Shown: in pieces, positions 7,761-21,100 of the stretch
Layout of the letters: every line of letters starts with the position of its first letter
Numbering within the stretch: the stretch's first letter is position 1
Source: Mobula birostris
Lineage: Eukaryota
Assembly: GCF_030028105.1 (NCBI RefSeq)
Contig: NC_092395.1
Location: forward strand, 43,180,459-43,244,458
Direction of reading: 5' to 3'
Length of the DNA stretch: 64,000 bases
The notes under the pieces: generated by a model
What the model saw: only the letters and a program-made list of their open reading frames with translations
What the model was told of the DNA's origin: nothing
Databases searched by the model: none
Made by a program: the position numbers and the translations under genes

Positions 7761-10162
7761 TTCTTGTTTGTGTGCTGTAGTGGACCTTTGGTTTTACCAT
7801 CAGAAAGACGAGAGCATAAAATGTGTGACCATGACAGACAATGGAGGGACCCAAGTGAAACGTTCTCTGTGCACGGACGGATTTACCATCTTCCGCTCGG
7901 ATGTCAAGTTGGTTCACAAATTGATCCCATGGCGAAGCAGTCAGGCTGCCAACTCAAACTACTCACAGAGCCAGTTGCCAGTTGCCAAAGAGCGAGGCCA
8001 TCTTCTTTGGCAACTGGCCCAACTGATCCAATGTCTCCTTCGTCATCAGGTCTGCTTATGTGAGGGTGCTGGAGATCTCGTTCTGAGGGACCGAGGGATG
8101 CAACAGGAATTGACTGGAGCAGATTGGGAGGGTAGAGGAGGACTGTAGGGAAGATGCTCCTATCATAAAGTGAGAAGAACTAGCCATCCGGTGTGAGGTG
8201 ATCTGCTACACTTGGTGCAGATGTGGCCCATCCCCCTGCTCTGCTCCACTAGTTTCAAAATGACCCAGATTGTTCTCTGCTTCATTCCGGAATCTAAGAT
8301 AGAGCAAATAAGACTTGTGCATTGCCAATGCACAGGTCCCTGGTCAAATGAAGCAAAAATGTTCAAAATGTCCCCATTACCGTGATGAGCACATTCATGT
8401 GTTGCTGCTTCAGATTATGCGTGGAATTGAAGCACATAGGCACCAAGTATCATTATTGATGATCTATCTGTCCTGGGTGTTGAGAAGGATGGGTCTGGCC
8501 ATTGAACGTCCCAGTCAACTGGACGCTCGTGCAGCCACTTGTAAGGGCTCAGTGGAGAAGGACCACATGGAAGGTTCTTCTGCTACAGGACAGGGAGTGG
8601 CTGGGTTTGGTGAGGAAGCTCCTGAGTTATTGCCCTAAGTGTAGCACCCATCAGAGACTACATAAGTAACAATCGAGTTAGTGGCTTCAAGAAATTTAAC
8701 TGAACACTACTTAATGCCTTTTTTTAAAGCATAAAAAGACATTGCACCATTTATTCTTGTCAATATTTTATTATAAATGAAGTTTATTTTGGAACAAAAA
8801 CACTTTGGGTAACATCTTCACTGACCACGCCCATCTCCAGTCACACACCATGTCCTCTGCAGTAGCCTGGCAGCATAGCCCATTGTTTAGGAGGCTTTTG
8901 CCATTGTCTTCACTTGGTACAACGAGATGGGCAACAAGTATCAGCTTTGCCAGTGACAGCCACATTCCAAGAATGTGGAATACCTGAAGTTGACCAGAGT
9001 CCCAGGATCTGGAACAAAGCTCTTGGAGGAAAGGGAGCCCAGATGACACAGTACCAGTGAGTTTATACATGCATTTATCTTCTTCAGACACCCAGGAAAT
9101 TAAATGTCTGTTGAGTAAGTCAGGTCATAAGTCAGTACAAATGCGTGCTGGCAATGTTGGAACCCAGGTGCAGAGGAAAGACCGGTAGAGATGACAACCA
9201 TTGTTTATTCTTAAGAATTCCAACAGAACATCGGTGACTTGGCCCAGCAATACTGCGAGATGTAACGTTCCCAAAACTAGGATCCTGCTATTAGCACTAA
9301 TTGGGTCGCCACTTAAATATTACAGGTAACATGGAATCCCTAAGCCTATCAAAGATAAGTTTAACAAGTTTAAACGTAAAACACCCAGAGTCTGCATGAC
9401 AAAGTGTGAGTCACTCAAAAAAAAACAAGGAAAACAGTTAACAAAAATTCACCATTTATGGTGCTCTTAAAAATCTCAGAGCCCAATTCTCTCCAGCTTG
9501 CCAGACAAGACCAAAGAGCTCTTTACAAAATCATATTATAGTGATAGTGTTTCAAGTGTAGATTTTCCTTGTTAATAGAGGCAGTCTGATGTAAACAGCT
9601 CTGGCAGGGAATCTTAGAGAAATGGGAATGGACACCCTGGACAATGTGGGACCTCAGGAAGCTTCCTGTTTTCTGGACAATGATAGGTACAGGAAGTATC
9701 TTCAGCTAAAGGAACACATCCTCTGGGTTTGGCACTTGGGCAACAACAGTCCGTCCACAAGGCTGATTGTTTCATGTGCAGTCGGCTTCAGGAGCTGGTC
9801 ATCCTGCAGCTAAAGTGAGTGCATGTATCGGGGAGACGAGGAGATCACCAGGCAGACTGGTGCAGGGAGATAGGTCAGCAGATCCGTGAGGACTCCCTAC
9901 TCCCTAACTGTATGATATTCAGAGTACTGATTGGGGATAGTCTTCCTCTAGGGACAGAGGCATGGCCAGACAAGTGGGTTCATTGTGCAGGCAGAGGAAC
10001 AGGAAGAGGAATGGTTCTTGAATTGTGGAGCAGAATATCAAACTTTTCATCAAAGGAATTGGCCACTTGGCCCATGTGCCAATAATGAAGTCAAATTAAA
10101 CTAAACCAATCTGCTTCCACAAGTTCTATATCCCTGCGAGATTATTTTGGCTGCTGCAAAAG

Positions 10163-10742
10163 GCCTTGGTGAGACCACACCTGGAATATTGTGTGCACTT
10201 TTTGTCCCCTAATCTGAGGAAAGACATCCTTGCCATAGAGGGAGTACAAAGAAGGTTCACCAGATTGATTCCTGGGATGGCAGGACTTTCATATGATGAA
10301 AGACTGGATGAACTTGGCTTATGCTCATTGGAATTTAGAAGATTGAGGGGGGATCTGATTGAAACGTATAAAATCCTAAAAGGATTGGACAGGCTAGATG
10401 CAGGAAAATTGTTCCCGATGTTGGGGAGGTCCAGGACAAGGGGTCACAGTTTGAGGATAAAGGGGAAGCCTTTTAGGACCAAGATTAGGAAAGACTTCTT
10501 CACACAGAGAGTGGCGAATCTGTGGAATTCTCTGCCACAGGAAACAGTTGAGGCCAGTTCATTTGCTATATTTAAGAGGGAGTTAGATATGGCCCTTGTG
10601 GCTAAAGGGATCAGGGGGTATGGAGGGAAGGCTGGTACAAGGTTCTGAGTTGGATGATCAGCCATGATCATACTGAATGGCGGTGCAGGCTCAAAGGGCC
10701 GAATGGCCTACTCGTACACCTATTTTCTATGTTTCTATGTAA
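10163..10742 (+). mobile_element. 5'-truncated CR1 LINE (ORF2 C-terminus and tail)
   Basis: [37 protein letters not shown], with a ttctatgt tail. Confidence 0.92.
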
Positions 10743-10792
10743 GTGGTAACATCTGAAATAATCGGTTCTCATAGAAGAGCAGAAGAGGAGAG

Positions 10793-11150
10793 TATGTGTA
10801 ACTCAGAAAAAATTATATTAGTGTCTCTCCTCCAAAATTAATTTCTTTCACCAGAAATGCTGTTGGTGATAACATATTATTATTATTATTTAAGGGAGTG
10901 TGGAAGTAGGTGGCAAAGATGAAGACATTGATAAGTTCCACAGTAAATCAGAATACAGTACTGATGCATTTGTCAATTGTATCAAAAAAGTTGAAGAGGG
11001 ATGCCTGAGTCCTTTTGTAACCACGCTGTGTACAGTATACGGCTACTTCAGTATCTGGTAAATGGCAACACCCATGGGAGAAAGATGCCATTGGGTCCAG
11101 CCAATTGAAAAGTATCAAATGGAGGGGATGAGCTAACCTGAATAAATAAG
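10793..11150 (+). pseudogene. USP35: Second fragment of the USP35 retro-pseudogene (C-terminal catalytic part)
   Basis: Colinear with 48380-48960. Reads N*FLSPEMLL (compare NYFLSPEKL), has the same degenerate His-box region, and is followed by the same CR1 tail at the same site. Confidence 0.65.
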
Positions 11151-11794
11151 TTTCATAGAGTTCTACTGCACAGTCCCAGCCTCTTTGCCCCAGTTGGTCC
11201 ATATTGATTGGTACCTCCATCCCAGTTAGTCCCATTTGCCATTGTTTGGCCAAAAACATTCTGAACATTTCCAAACCATGTACTTGTCAAGCTGGTAATT
11301 AAAAGTTGCTCTTGTACATGTATGAACCCCTTCTTCTGTTAGCTCATTTCATATAGATGCCACAGTTTGTGTGTAAAGAAGATTATCTGGCTGGCAGCAG
11401 GCCTCGAACTCTTCCACCTCCGGTCCGTAGGCTGTCTCAGCATCGTTGGTGATGGGCTTCAGCAATGTTGTGCAAGGTGTTCCCTTTTACCTTAAACCTG
11501 TATATTCTTGTTCTTAATTCCACATCCTTGGAAAAAAATGCTGAGTGTATTCACCCTTCATGATCATGTACACCTCTATATAATCAACTCTCAGTTCTAC
11601 CCTGACTAATCTCTGCCCATAACACAGACTCTCAAGATATCACAACCAGTAAATCTTTTCAGCAGTCTTCACTGTTTAATTTTATCTTTCCTATAGCAGT
11701 GCATCCAAAAATTTGCACAGTACTCCAAGTACGACCACAGTGGCATCCTCCACAACCACACCATAGCCTCCCAACACCATAAGTGACCTGGCTT

Positions 11795-14700
11795 ATAGAA
11801 CATAGAACATAGAACATAGAACAGTACAGCACAGTACAGGCCCTTCGGCACACAATGTTGTGCCAACCCTCAAACCCTGCCGCCCATATAACTCCCCACC
11901 TTAAATTCCTCCATATACCTGTCTAGTAGTCTCTTAAATTTCACTAGTGTATCTGCCTCCACCACAGACTCAGGAAGTGCATTCCATGCACCAACCACTC
12001 TCTGAGTAAACCACCTTCTTCTAATATTCCCCTTGAACTTCCCTCACCTTACCTTAAAGCCATGTCCTCTTGAATTGAGCAGTGGTGCCCTGGGGAAGAG
12101 GCCCTGGCTATCCACTCTATCTATTCCTCTTATTATCTTGTACTCCTCTATCATGTCTCCTCTCATCCTCCTTCTCTCCAAAGAATAAAGCCCTAGCTCC
12201 CTTAATCTCTGATCATAACGCGTACTCTCTAAACCAGGCAGCATCCTGGTAAATCTCCTCTGTACCCTTTCCAATGCTTCCACATCCTTTCTATAGTGAA
12301 TCAACCAGAACTGGACACAGTACTCCAAGTGTCGCCTAACCAGAGTTTTATGGAGCTGCATCATTACATCGCGACTCTTAAACTCTATCCCTCGACTTAT
12401 GAAAGCGAACACCCCATAAGCTTTCTTAACTACCCTATCCACCTGTGAGGCAACTTTCAGGGATCTGTGGACATGTACTCCCAGATCCCTCTGCTCCTCC
12501 ACACTACCAAGTATCCTGCCATTTAGTTTGTACTCTGCCTTGGAGTTTGTCCTTCCAAAGTGTACCACCTCACACTTCTCCATGTTGAACTCCATCTGCC
12601 ACTTCTCAGCCCACTTCTGCATCCTATCAATGTCTCTCTGCATTCTTCGACAATTCTCTACACTATCTACAACACCACCAACCTTTCTGTCATCTGCAAA
12701 TTTGACAACCCACACTTCCACCCCCACATCCAGGTCATTAATAAAAATCACGAAAAGTAGAGGTCCCAGGACAGATCCTTGTGGGACATCACTAGTCACA
12801 ATCCTCCAATCTGAATGTACTCCCTCCACCACAACCCTCTGCCTTCTGCAGGCAAGCCAATTCTGAATCCACCTGGCCAAACTTCCCTGGATCCCATGCC
12901 TTCTGACTTTCTGAATAAGCCTACCATGTAGAACCTTGTCAAATGCCTTACTAAAATCCATGTAGATCACATCCACTGCACTACCCTCATATATATGCCT
13001 GGTCACCTCCTCAAAGAACTCTATCAGGCTTGTTAGACACGATCTTCCCTTCACAAAGCCATGCTGACTGTCCTTGATCAGACCATGATTCTCTAAATGC
13101 TCATAGATCCTATCTCTAAGAATCTTTTCCAACAGCTTTCCCACAACAGACGTAAGGCTCACTAGTCTATAATTACCTGGACTATCCCTACTACCTTTTT
13201 TGAACAAGGGGACAACATTCACCTCCCTCCAATCCTCTGGTACCATTCCCGTGGACAACGAGGACATAAAGATTCTAGCCAGAGGCTCAGCAAACTCCTC
13301 CCTCGCCTCATGGAGCATCCTGGGGAATATTCTGTCAGGACCCGGGGGCTTATCTGTCCTAATGTATTTTAATAACTCGAACACCTCCTCTCCCTTAATA
13401 TCAACATGCTCCAGAACATCAACCTCACTCATATTGTCCTCACCATCTTCAAGTTCCCTCTCATTGGTGAATACTGAAAAGAAGTATTCATTGAGGACGT
13501 CGCTCACTTCCACAGCCTCCAGGCACACCTTCCCACCTTTTTCTCTAATCTGTCCTACCTTCACTCCTGTCATCCTTTTTTTCTTCACATAATTGAAGAA
13601 TGCCCTGGGGTTTTCCTTTACCTTACTCGCCAAGGCCTTCTCATGCCCCCTTCTTGCTCTTCTCAGCCCCTTCTTAAGCTGCTTTCTTGCTTCCCTATAT
13701 TCCTCAATAGACCCATCTGATCCTTGCTTCCTAAATCTCATGTATGCTGCCTTCTTCCACCTGACTAGATTTTCCACCTCAGTTGTCACCCATGGTTCCT
13801 TCACCCTACCATTCTTTATCTTCCTCACTGGGACAAATTTATCCCTAACATCCTGCAAGAGAACCCTAAACATCGACCACGTGTCCATAGTACATTTCCC
13901 TGCAAAAACCTCATCCCAATTCACACCTGCAAGTTCTAGCCTTATAGCCTCATAATTTGCCTTTCCCCAATTAAAAATTTTCCTGTCCTCTCTGATTCTA
14001 TCCTTTTCCATGATAATGCTAAAGGCCAGAGAGCGGTGGTCACTGTCCCCCAGATGCTCACCAACTAACAGATCTGTGACCTGACCCGGTTCATTACCTA
14101 GTACTAGATGTCGTATGGCATTCCAAAGAAGAAGCATACAAATTAGCCAGAAAAAGTGGCTCACCTGAGAACTGGGAGAAATTCAGAGTTCAGCAGAGGA
14201 GGACAAAGGGCTTAATTGGGAAGGGGAAAAAAGATTATGAGAGAAAACTGGTGGGGAACATAAAAACTGACTGTAAAAGCTTTTATAGATATGTGAAAAG
14301 AAAAAGATTGGTTAAGACAAATGTAGGTCCCCTACAGACAGAAACAGGTGAATTGATTATGGGGAGCAAGGACACGGCAGACCAATTGAATAATTACTTT
14401 GCTTCTGTCTTCACTAAGGAGGACATAAATAATCTTCCGGAAATAGTAGGGGACAGAGGGTCCAGTGAGATGGAGGAACTGAGGGAGATACATGTTTGCA
14501 GGGAAGTGGTGTTAGGTAAATTGAAGGGATTAAAGGCAGATAAATCCCCAGGGCCAGATGGTCTGCATCCCAGAGTGCTTAAGGAAGTAGTCCAAGAAAT
14601 AATGGATGCATTAGTGATAATTTTTCAAAACTCTTTACATTCTGGACTAGTTCCTGAGGATTGGAAGGTGGCTAATGTAACCCCACTTTTTAAAAAAGGA

Positions 14701-16310
14701 AGGAGAGAGAAACCAGGGAATTATAGACCGGTTAGCCTGACATCGGTGGTGGGAAAATGCTAGAGTAAGTTATCAAAGATGTGATTACTGCACATTTGGA
14801 AAGCAGTGAAATCATCGGACAAAGTCAGCATGGATTTGTGAAAGGAAAATTATGTCTGACGAATCTCATAGAATTTTTTGAGGATGTAATTAGTAGAGTG
14901 GATAGGGGAGAACCAGTGGATGTGGTATATTTGGATTTTCAAAAGGCTTTTGACAAGGTCCCACATAGGGGATTAGTGTGCAAACTTAAAGCACACGGTA
15001 TTGGGGGTAAGGTATTGATGTGGATAGAGAATTGGTTGGCAGACAGGAAGCAAAGAGTGGGAATAAACGGGACCTTTTCAGAATGGCAGGCAGTGACTAG
15101 TGGGGTACTGCAAGGCTCAGTGCTGGGACCCCAGTTGTTTACAATATATATTAATGACTTGGATGAGGGAATTAAAAGCAGCATCTCTAAGTTTGCGGAT
15201 GACACGAAGCTGGGCGGCAGTGTTAGCTGTGAGGAGGATGATAAGAGGATGCAGGGTGACTTGGATAGGTTAGGTGAGTGGGCAGATTCATGGCAGATGA
15301 AATTTAATGTGGATAAATGTGAAGTTATCCACTTTGGTGGCAAAAACAGGAAAATAGATTATTATCTGAATGGTGGCCGATTAGGAAAAGGGGAGGTGCA
15401 ACGAGACCTGGGTGTCATTATACACCAGTCATTGAAAGTGGGCATGCAGGTACAGCAGGCGGTGAAAAAGGCGAATGGTATGCTGGCATTTATAGCAAGA
15501 GGACTCGAGTACAGAAGCAGGGAGTTACTACTGCAGTTGTACAAGGTCTTGGTGAGACCACACCTGGAGTTTTGTGTGCAGTTTTGGTCCCCTAATCTGA
15601 GGGAAGACATCCTTGCCATAGAGGGAGTACAAAGAAGGTTCACCAGATTGATTCCTGGGATGGCAGGACTTTCATATGATGAAAGACTGGATGAACTAGG
15701 CTTATACTCGTTGGAATTTCGAAGATTGAGGGGGGATCTGATTGAAACGCATAAAATCCTAAAGGGATTGGACAGGCTAGATGCAGGAAGATTGTTCCCG
15801 ATGTTGGGGAGGTCCAGAACGAGGGGTCACAGTTTGAGGATAAAAGGGAAGCCTTTTAGGACCGAGATTAGGAAAAACTTCTTCACACAGAGAGTGGTGA
15901 ATCTGTGGAATTCTCTGCCACAGGAAACATTTGAGGCCAGTTCATTGGCTATATTTAAGAGGGAGTTAGATATGGCCCTTGTGGCTAAAGGGATCAGGGG
16001 GTATGGAGGGAAGGCTGGTGCAGGGTTCTGAGTTGGATGATCAGGCATGATCATACTGAATGGCGGTGCAGGTTCGAAGGGCCGAATGGCCTGCTCCCGC
16101 ACCTATTTTTTATGTTTTCAATGTTTTCTATTCCCCGCAGTCGGCCTGTCCACACATTGTGACAGGAATCCGTCCTGGACACACTGAAGAAACTCTGCCG
16201 CATCTGAACCCTTAGAACTAATTAGGTGCGAATCAATATTAGGGAAGTAAAAGTCACCTATGATAACGACCCTGGTATTTTTTCACCTTCCCAAAATCGC
16301 CTCCCAATTT
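11795..16310 (-). mobile_element. Young CR1 LINE (EN-RT ORF2 open across 12044-14120), interrupted by another CR1 at 14125-16129
   Basis: 706-aa ORF with RT motifs (YMDFSKAFD, VPQGSVLGP, FADD) and a (CTATGTT)n tail at 11795-11825. The sequence resumes at 16130. Confidence 0.95.
14125..16129 (+). mobile_element. CR1 LINE nested in the CR1 above
   Basis: ORFs 14251-14763 and 14781-16031 are separated by a single TAG. ATTCC is duplicated at 14120-14124 and 16130-16134. Confidence 0.95.
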
Positions 16311-17220
16311 CATAACGCCAAAAGCCTTCTTTCCCATCTTGTCTACCTGTGACTCCACTAAAAACCTTGTACTTTCACTCCAACTGTTCACCAACACTCC
16401 CCATTCACGTGAAAGTCCTACCTAGATTTGATCTTGAAAATGTAATGTCTTGCACTTATCCAAAGTAAACTCCATTTGACATCCTTCATCCCAGCTGATC
16501 AAGCTGCCCCTGTAATTTTGGTTGATCTTCTTCATTGTGTACTATACCACCTATTTTACTGTCAACTGCAAACTTATTAGTCATGTCTTGTATGTACTTA
16601 TTCAAATTGTTGACATAGATGACAAACAACAATGGGCCCTGCACCATCACCCGAGTCACAGCACTAATCATGGGCAACCAGACTGAGAAACTATCCTCCA
16701 CTTTGTTTGCACTTCCCCTTTTTCCCATCAGACCAATTGTGTCTTCAGTTAGCCAGCTCTTCCTGGATTCCATGTGAAATATCCTTCCAGAGCAGCCGAA
16801 TACATGGAACGTTAAAGACTTAGTGAAGTTCATATAAATGACACCATGGCCTTGCCCTCACTGACGTTCTTCATTGCATCATCAAAAAATCTCAGTAAAA
16901 TTCATAAGACATGAACTCCCATGCACAAAGCCATGCTGATGCTTCTAACCAACCCCTGTGATTCAAGGTGTAGGGATATCTTATCCCATAGAATCATCTC
17001 CAGTCATTTACCTGCCCCAGATGTAAGACTTACTGGTGTACTGATCCCATTATTCCTTGCTACTCTTCTTTAATATATGCACAGCATTTGCTACCATCCA
17101 GTCTATTTACTAGCACTTCTCCATGGCTAACAATGAAGCAAATATCTGAACAATGGTTTCTAATTTCTTCAGTAGCCACCCACAATGTTCTTGGATGTAG
17201 CTAGTCAGGTTCTGTGGATC
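16310..17220 (-). mobile_element. Old degenerate CR1 RT, continuing the fragment at about 11470-11790
   Basis: ORF 16486-16833 contains QGPLLFVIYVNNL...KFAVDSKIGG. Confidence 0.8.
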
Positions 17221-17424
17221 AGTGCACCTCCGTATATTTTTAAAAATCTGGCAAATATGGATCCAGAAAACAAGAGAAGCTGAATCATTGAATAGATTCA
17301 GGGCTGAGTCAGGACAGATCTTTAATGCAAACTGAGTCTGAGATTATATCAAGAACTCATGCAACCATGACTCATAATAATGTTGAAGGAACAGCTGCAC
17401 ACTGAATAAAAAGTCTGATAGCAC

Positions 17425-17675
17425 TGGAAGTGCAGGCAACTGGGGTTCAGTTGCTGATGCTGCCTGTTTGGAGTTTGCACATTCTCCCTGTGACCACCTG
17501 GGTTTCCTCTGGGTGCTTCTCCCTCGGCCCATAGTCCAAAAATGTTTCAGCTGGTAGGGTAATTGGTCTTTGCAGATTGTCCAATGTGTACACCAATTGG
17601 TGGACTGCTGTGTGGACTGGCTCGAAGGGCTGGAAGGGCTACTCCATGTTGTATCTCAATAGGTAAATAAATAAT
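17425..17675 (+). mobile_element. V-domain SINE (HE1-like)
   Basis: tggagtttgcacattctccctgtgaccacctgggtttcctctgggtgct resembles the V-SINE core. Confidence 0.75.
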
Positions 17676-18136
17676 GAGATACCGTGGTGTGAGCACACCC
17701 CTCTATCATAAAGGTGGCAATGCATTTCTCAGGAGACAGAGCTCCTGGAAGCAAACCCACCCAACCAAACTTCTTTACTATTATCAACGAGGGAGGGGAT
17801 GTCAGGACTGGCCATTCCAGTGAGGAATTCACATTCGAGTCTCATGATCCTTCCACCAGGCTCTTAATGCTCCCACTCTACCTTGTCTGCTCTGACCACA
17901 TTGCTTTCCTTGGAGAGCAAACCTGCGATCTATGTCTTGCTTTAGATTCTAGCAAGCCAAGACCAGACAAGTGAGGAATATGCTTGATTTGAAACTCACA
18001 AACTCATGAATTGTGTGTGTATTTCAATAAACACGTATTTAATGAAGGAAGATTTTATATATCCTGTGTATGACAATGGTAAATATGGATCATTATACAG
18101 TTATCCCATTCTCAGTTTTGTTTGTTGCACATCAAG

Positions 18137-21100
18137 TGTTACGTAACCGGCAACAATGAATATCAAATGAGACAGGTTATATAAAAACAACTAAACATTT
18201 ATTAAACACGGATAAACAATAAAAAAAATGAAAACCTTATCCGGAAGTTTACCGCTATGCAGCCATTCAACCAGTCATCACTTGGCACTGGTTATTAAAG
18301 CGCTAAATGCAAAAACAGCTCCTGAAGCAGCAAAGTCAGATATAGTTCATAAAATGGTAAATTCAAAAGTCCAACAGATTTATATGTTCAATTGGGAGAG
18401 ACTTCTCTGGAGAAGGATTTCTTCTTAGACGCGACTTTCCTATTGGCTCTGTACAAAGGATTCACGATGCAGTAAATAAACAGTTTAAAACAACTGACCT
18501 TAAATTCTAGAGAGAGCAAACCTTGCATGAACTCTTTTCCTCTTTTGGCAAGAGTTATCTGCAATGCAGGTCGCTACTCCTTCAATGAATACTCAGTATG
18601 GTCAATCCATTGTTAAACTGCCAAATGAAACCGACTCTTTTCAATCCTTCGGGTTCTGTACTTCGATAAAGTGTTCACTCTCCTGTACTACTGCTAGAAT
18701 AAAGTAGATCAACACATCTAGCAAAAATTTTGGTCTAGCAATATTATTCCTTGCAACAGAACAGAACAACCATTTAAAAAAATGAAAATGCGACATAAAT
18801 ACAAATACGCAACAGAAACAGAGACACAGTACATTCTAGCTGGAAATCTAAAAACTAACTGCGTCATCTGGGGTTTACCCTTATATACCCGTGGTGCACA
18901 TGTCATCACATGACCTCATATCAGCGGGAAAATTACATCAGGTGACCTCCAAAAGACCATTACACCATTCTCTGAAAAAAAAAATCACATATCTTCTTTA
19001 GGCACGTAACGCCTCCCTCCAAAATAAAATTTTGGTTTCTTGAAGTACAAAATTTTAACAATTAACAATTTATACAAAAAAATACAAAGGTATAAAATTT
19101 ACAACATACACAATATATACAGTCCTATCTTTCAGCACTTTACAAACTAATGTACAGTAGGAGTGTTACAAATGTTAAATCACAACTCCATAAAAATCAA
19201 TTTTTCATTGTACATTTAACATCTAGACAGACAATCTGCGATCACATTATCTTTACCCTTGATATGAGTGATCAAAATATTGTATTCCTGTAACATTATA
19301 CTCCAATTTAATAGTCTCCTATTTTTGTTTTTCATCTTACTCAAAAACACTAAAGGATTGTGATCGGTATAAACTGTGAGTGGTTTATGAGTAGTACCAA
19401 CATACACTTCAAAATGTTGTAAAGCCAAAACAAGAGATAACAATTCTTTTTCTATTGTTGAATAATTTCTTTGATGGGCATTAAATTTCTCAGAAAAATA
19501 AGCTACCGGATGATCAACTTCATCACCATCATCTCTTCGAACTGACACTGCTCCTGCAGCTTCATCACTAGCATCTAGAGCTAACGAAAATAGTTTTTCA
19601 AAGTCAGGAGATTTAAGTACAGGTTGACTACATATTATAGTTTTCAATTTATCAAATGCCTCCTGACAAGACTCTGTCCAAACAAACTTTTGCAAAATAC
19701 TTACAAAATTTTCTGTAATATCCTACCATACCCAGGAATCTTCTGAGAGTTTTTCTACCAGTTGGAGTGGGTACTTCTAAAATTGCCTGAACTTTTACTT
19801 GAACAGGTGCTAATTTCCCCTGACCCACAACATAACCACAGTACGTCACTGTGGCTTGACCAAATTCACTCTTAGCTAAGTTAATAGTTAAATTAGCTTT
19901 TGAAAGTCTCTCAATTAGTTTCTCCACTGCAGTAATATGTGTTTTCCATGTATTATTTCCTGTAACTAAATTGTCAATATAGGCATCTGTATCTTTTAAT
20001 CCCTGAATCACGCTATTAATCATCCTCTGAAAAGTACTTGGTGCATTCTTCATCCTAAGTGGAAGATCATTATATTCATATAACCCAGATGGGGTTACAA
20101 ATGCTGAAATCTCTCTACCTCTATCCATCAATGGAACACACTAATAACCTCTTAACAAATCAATGCTTTGTAAGAAATTTGGCCTGTACAACTTTATCAA
20201 GACAATGATCTACTCTCGGGATTGGATATGCATCAGTTTTTGTCACAGCATTTGCCTTCCTGTAATCTGTACAAAACCTAATACTATTGTCTGGCCTAGG
20301 CACCATAACACACGGTGAACTCTAATTCGAATTAGAATGTCTAATAATATCATTCTCTAACATATACTTAATTTCTTGTTCAGCAAGTTCACATTTTTCC
20401 CTGTTCATTCGATACTGATGTTGTTTTATGGGTTTTGCATCTCCAACATCTACATTATGTGTAGCTACGATGGTTCTTCTAGGGAAGTCTGGAAATAAAT
20501 CTCTATATTTAAAAATTAACTATTTCATCTGCACTCTCTGCTCTGGCAGTAAATGAGCTAATTTTTCATCAATATTTTCCAGAGTTTTTGAATTTGGTAA
20601 CCTGGCTGAAATAATGTTGTTTAAAATGAGTTTCAGATGAATCCTCCAGTAAGTTTTTATCAAGATCAGACTCATTATTGATCACAACAGTCATAATAGC
20701 AGCTTCTCTCTCATAGTACAGTTTTACTATATTTATATGACAAAGCTGTGTTGTCTTTCTCCGATCTGGGGTTCTTACCACGTAATCTACATCATTTACC
20801 TTAGATTTAATCTCATAAGGACCATGAAATTTAGCTTGTAATGGGTTCGTTTGCACTGGGTAAAGAACCAACACATCATCTCCAGGCTTAAATAACCTCA
20901 TTCTAGCTTCCTTATCATACTAAGTCTTCATCTTCTCTTGAGCTAATTTTAAATTTTCCTTGGCCAAGCTACAAGCTTTATACAACCTTTCTTTAAATTT
21001 GAAAACATAATCTAGCAAATTAGTGTGTGCTTCCTTATTAATCCACTGTTCCTTTAACAAGGCCAAAGGTCCTCGAACTCTATGTCCAAACACAAGTCCA

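Noticed and set aside
7768-8638. ORFs of 107-126 aa as a possible novel gene
   Set aside because: No motif, no consistent exon structure, and they lie among decayed repeats.
14100-14130. Apparent head-to-head fusion of two CR1 elements (twin priming)
   Set aside because: The minus-strand CR1 resumes at 16130 with ATTCC duplicated, so this is an ordinary nested insertion.
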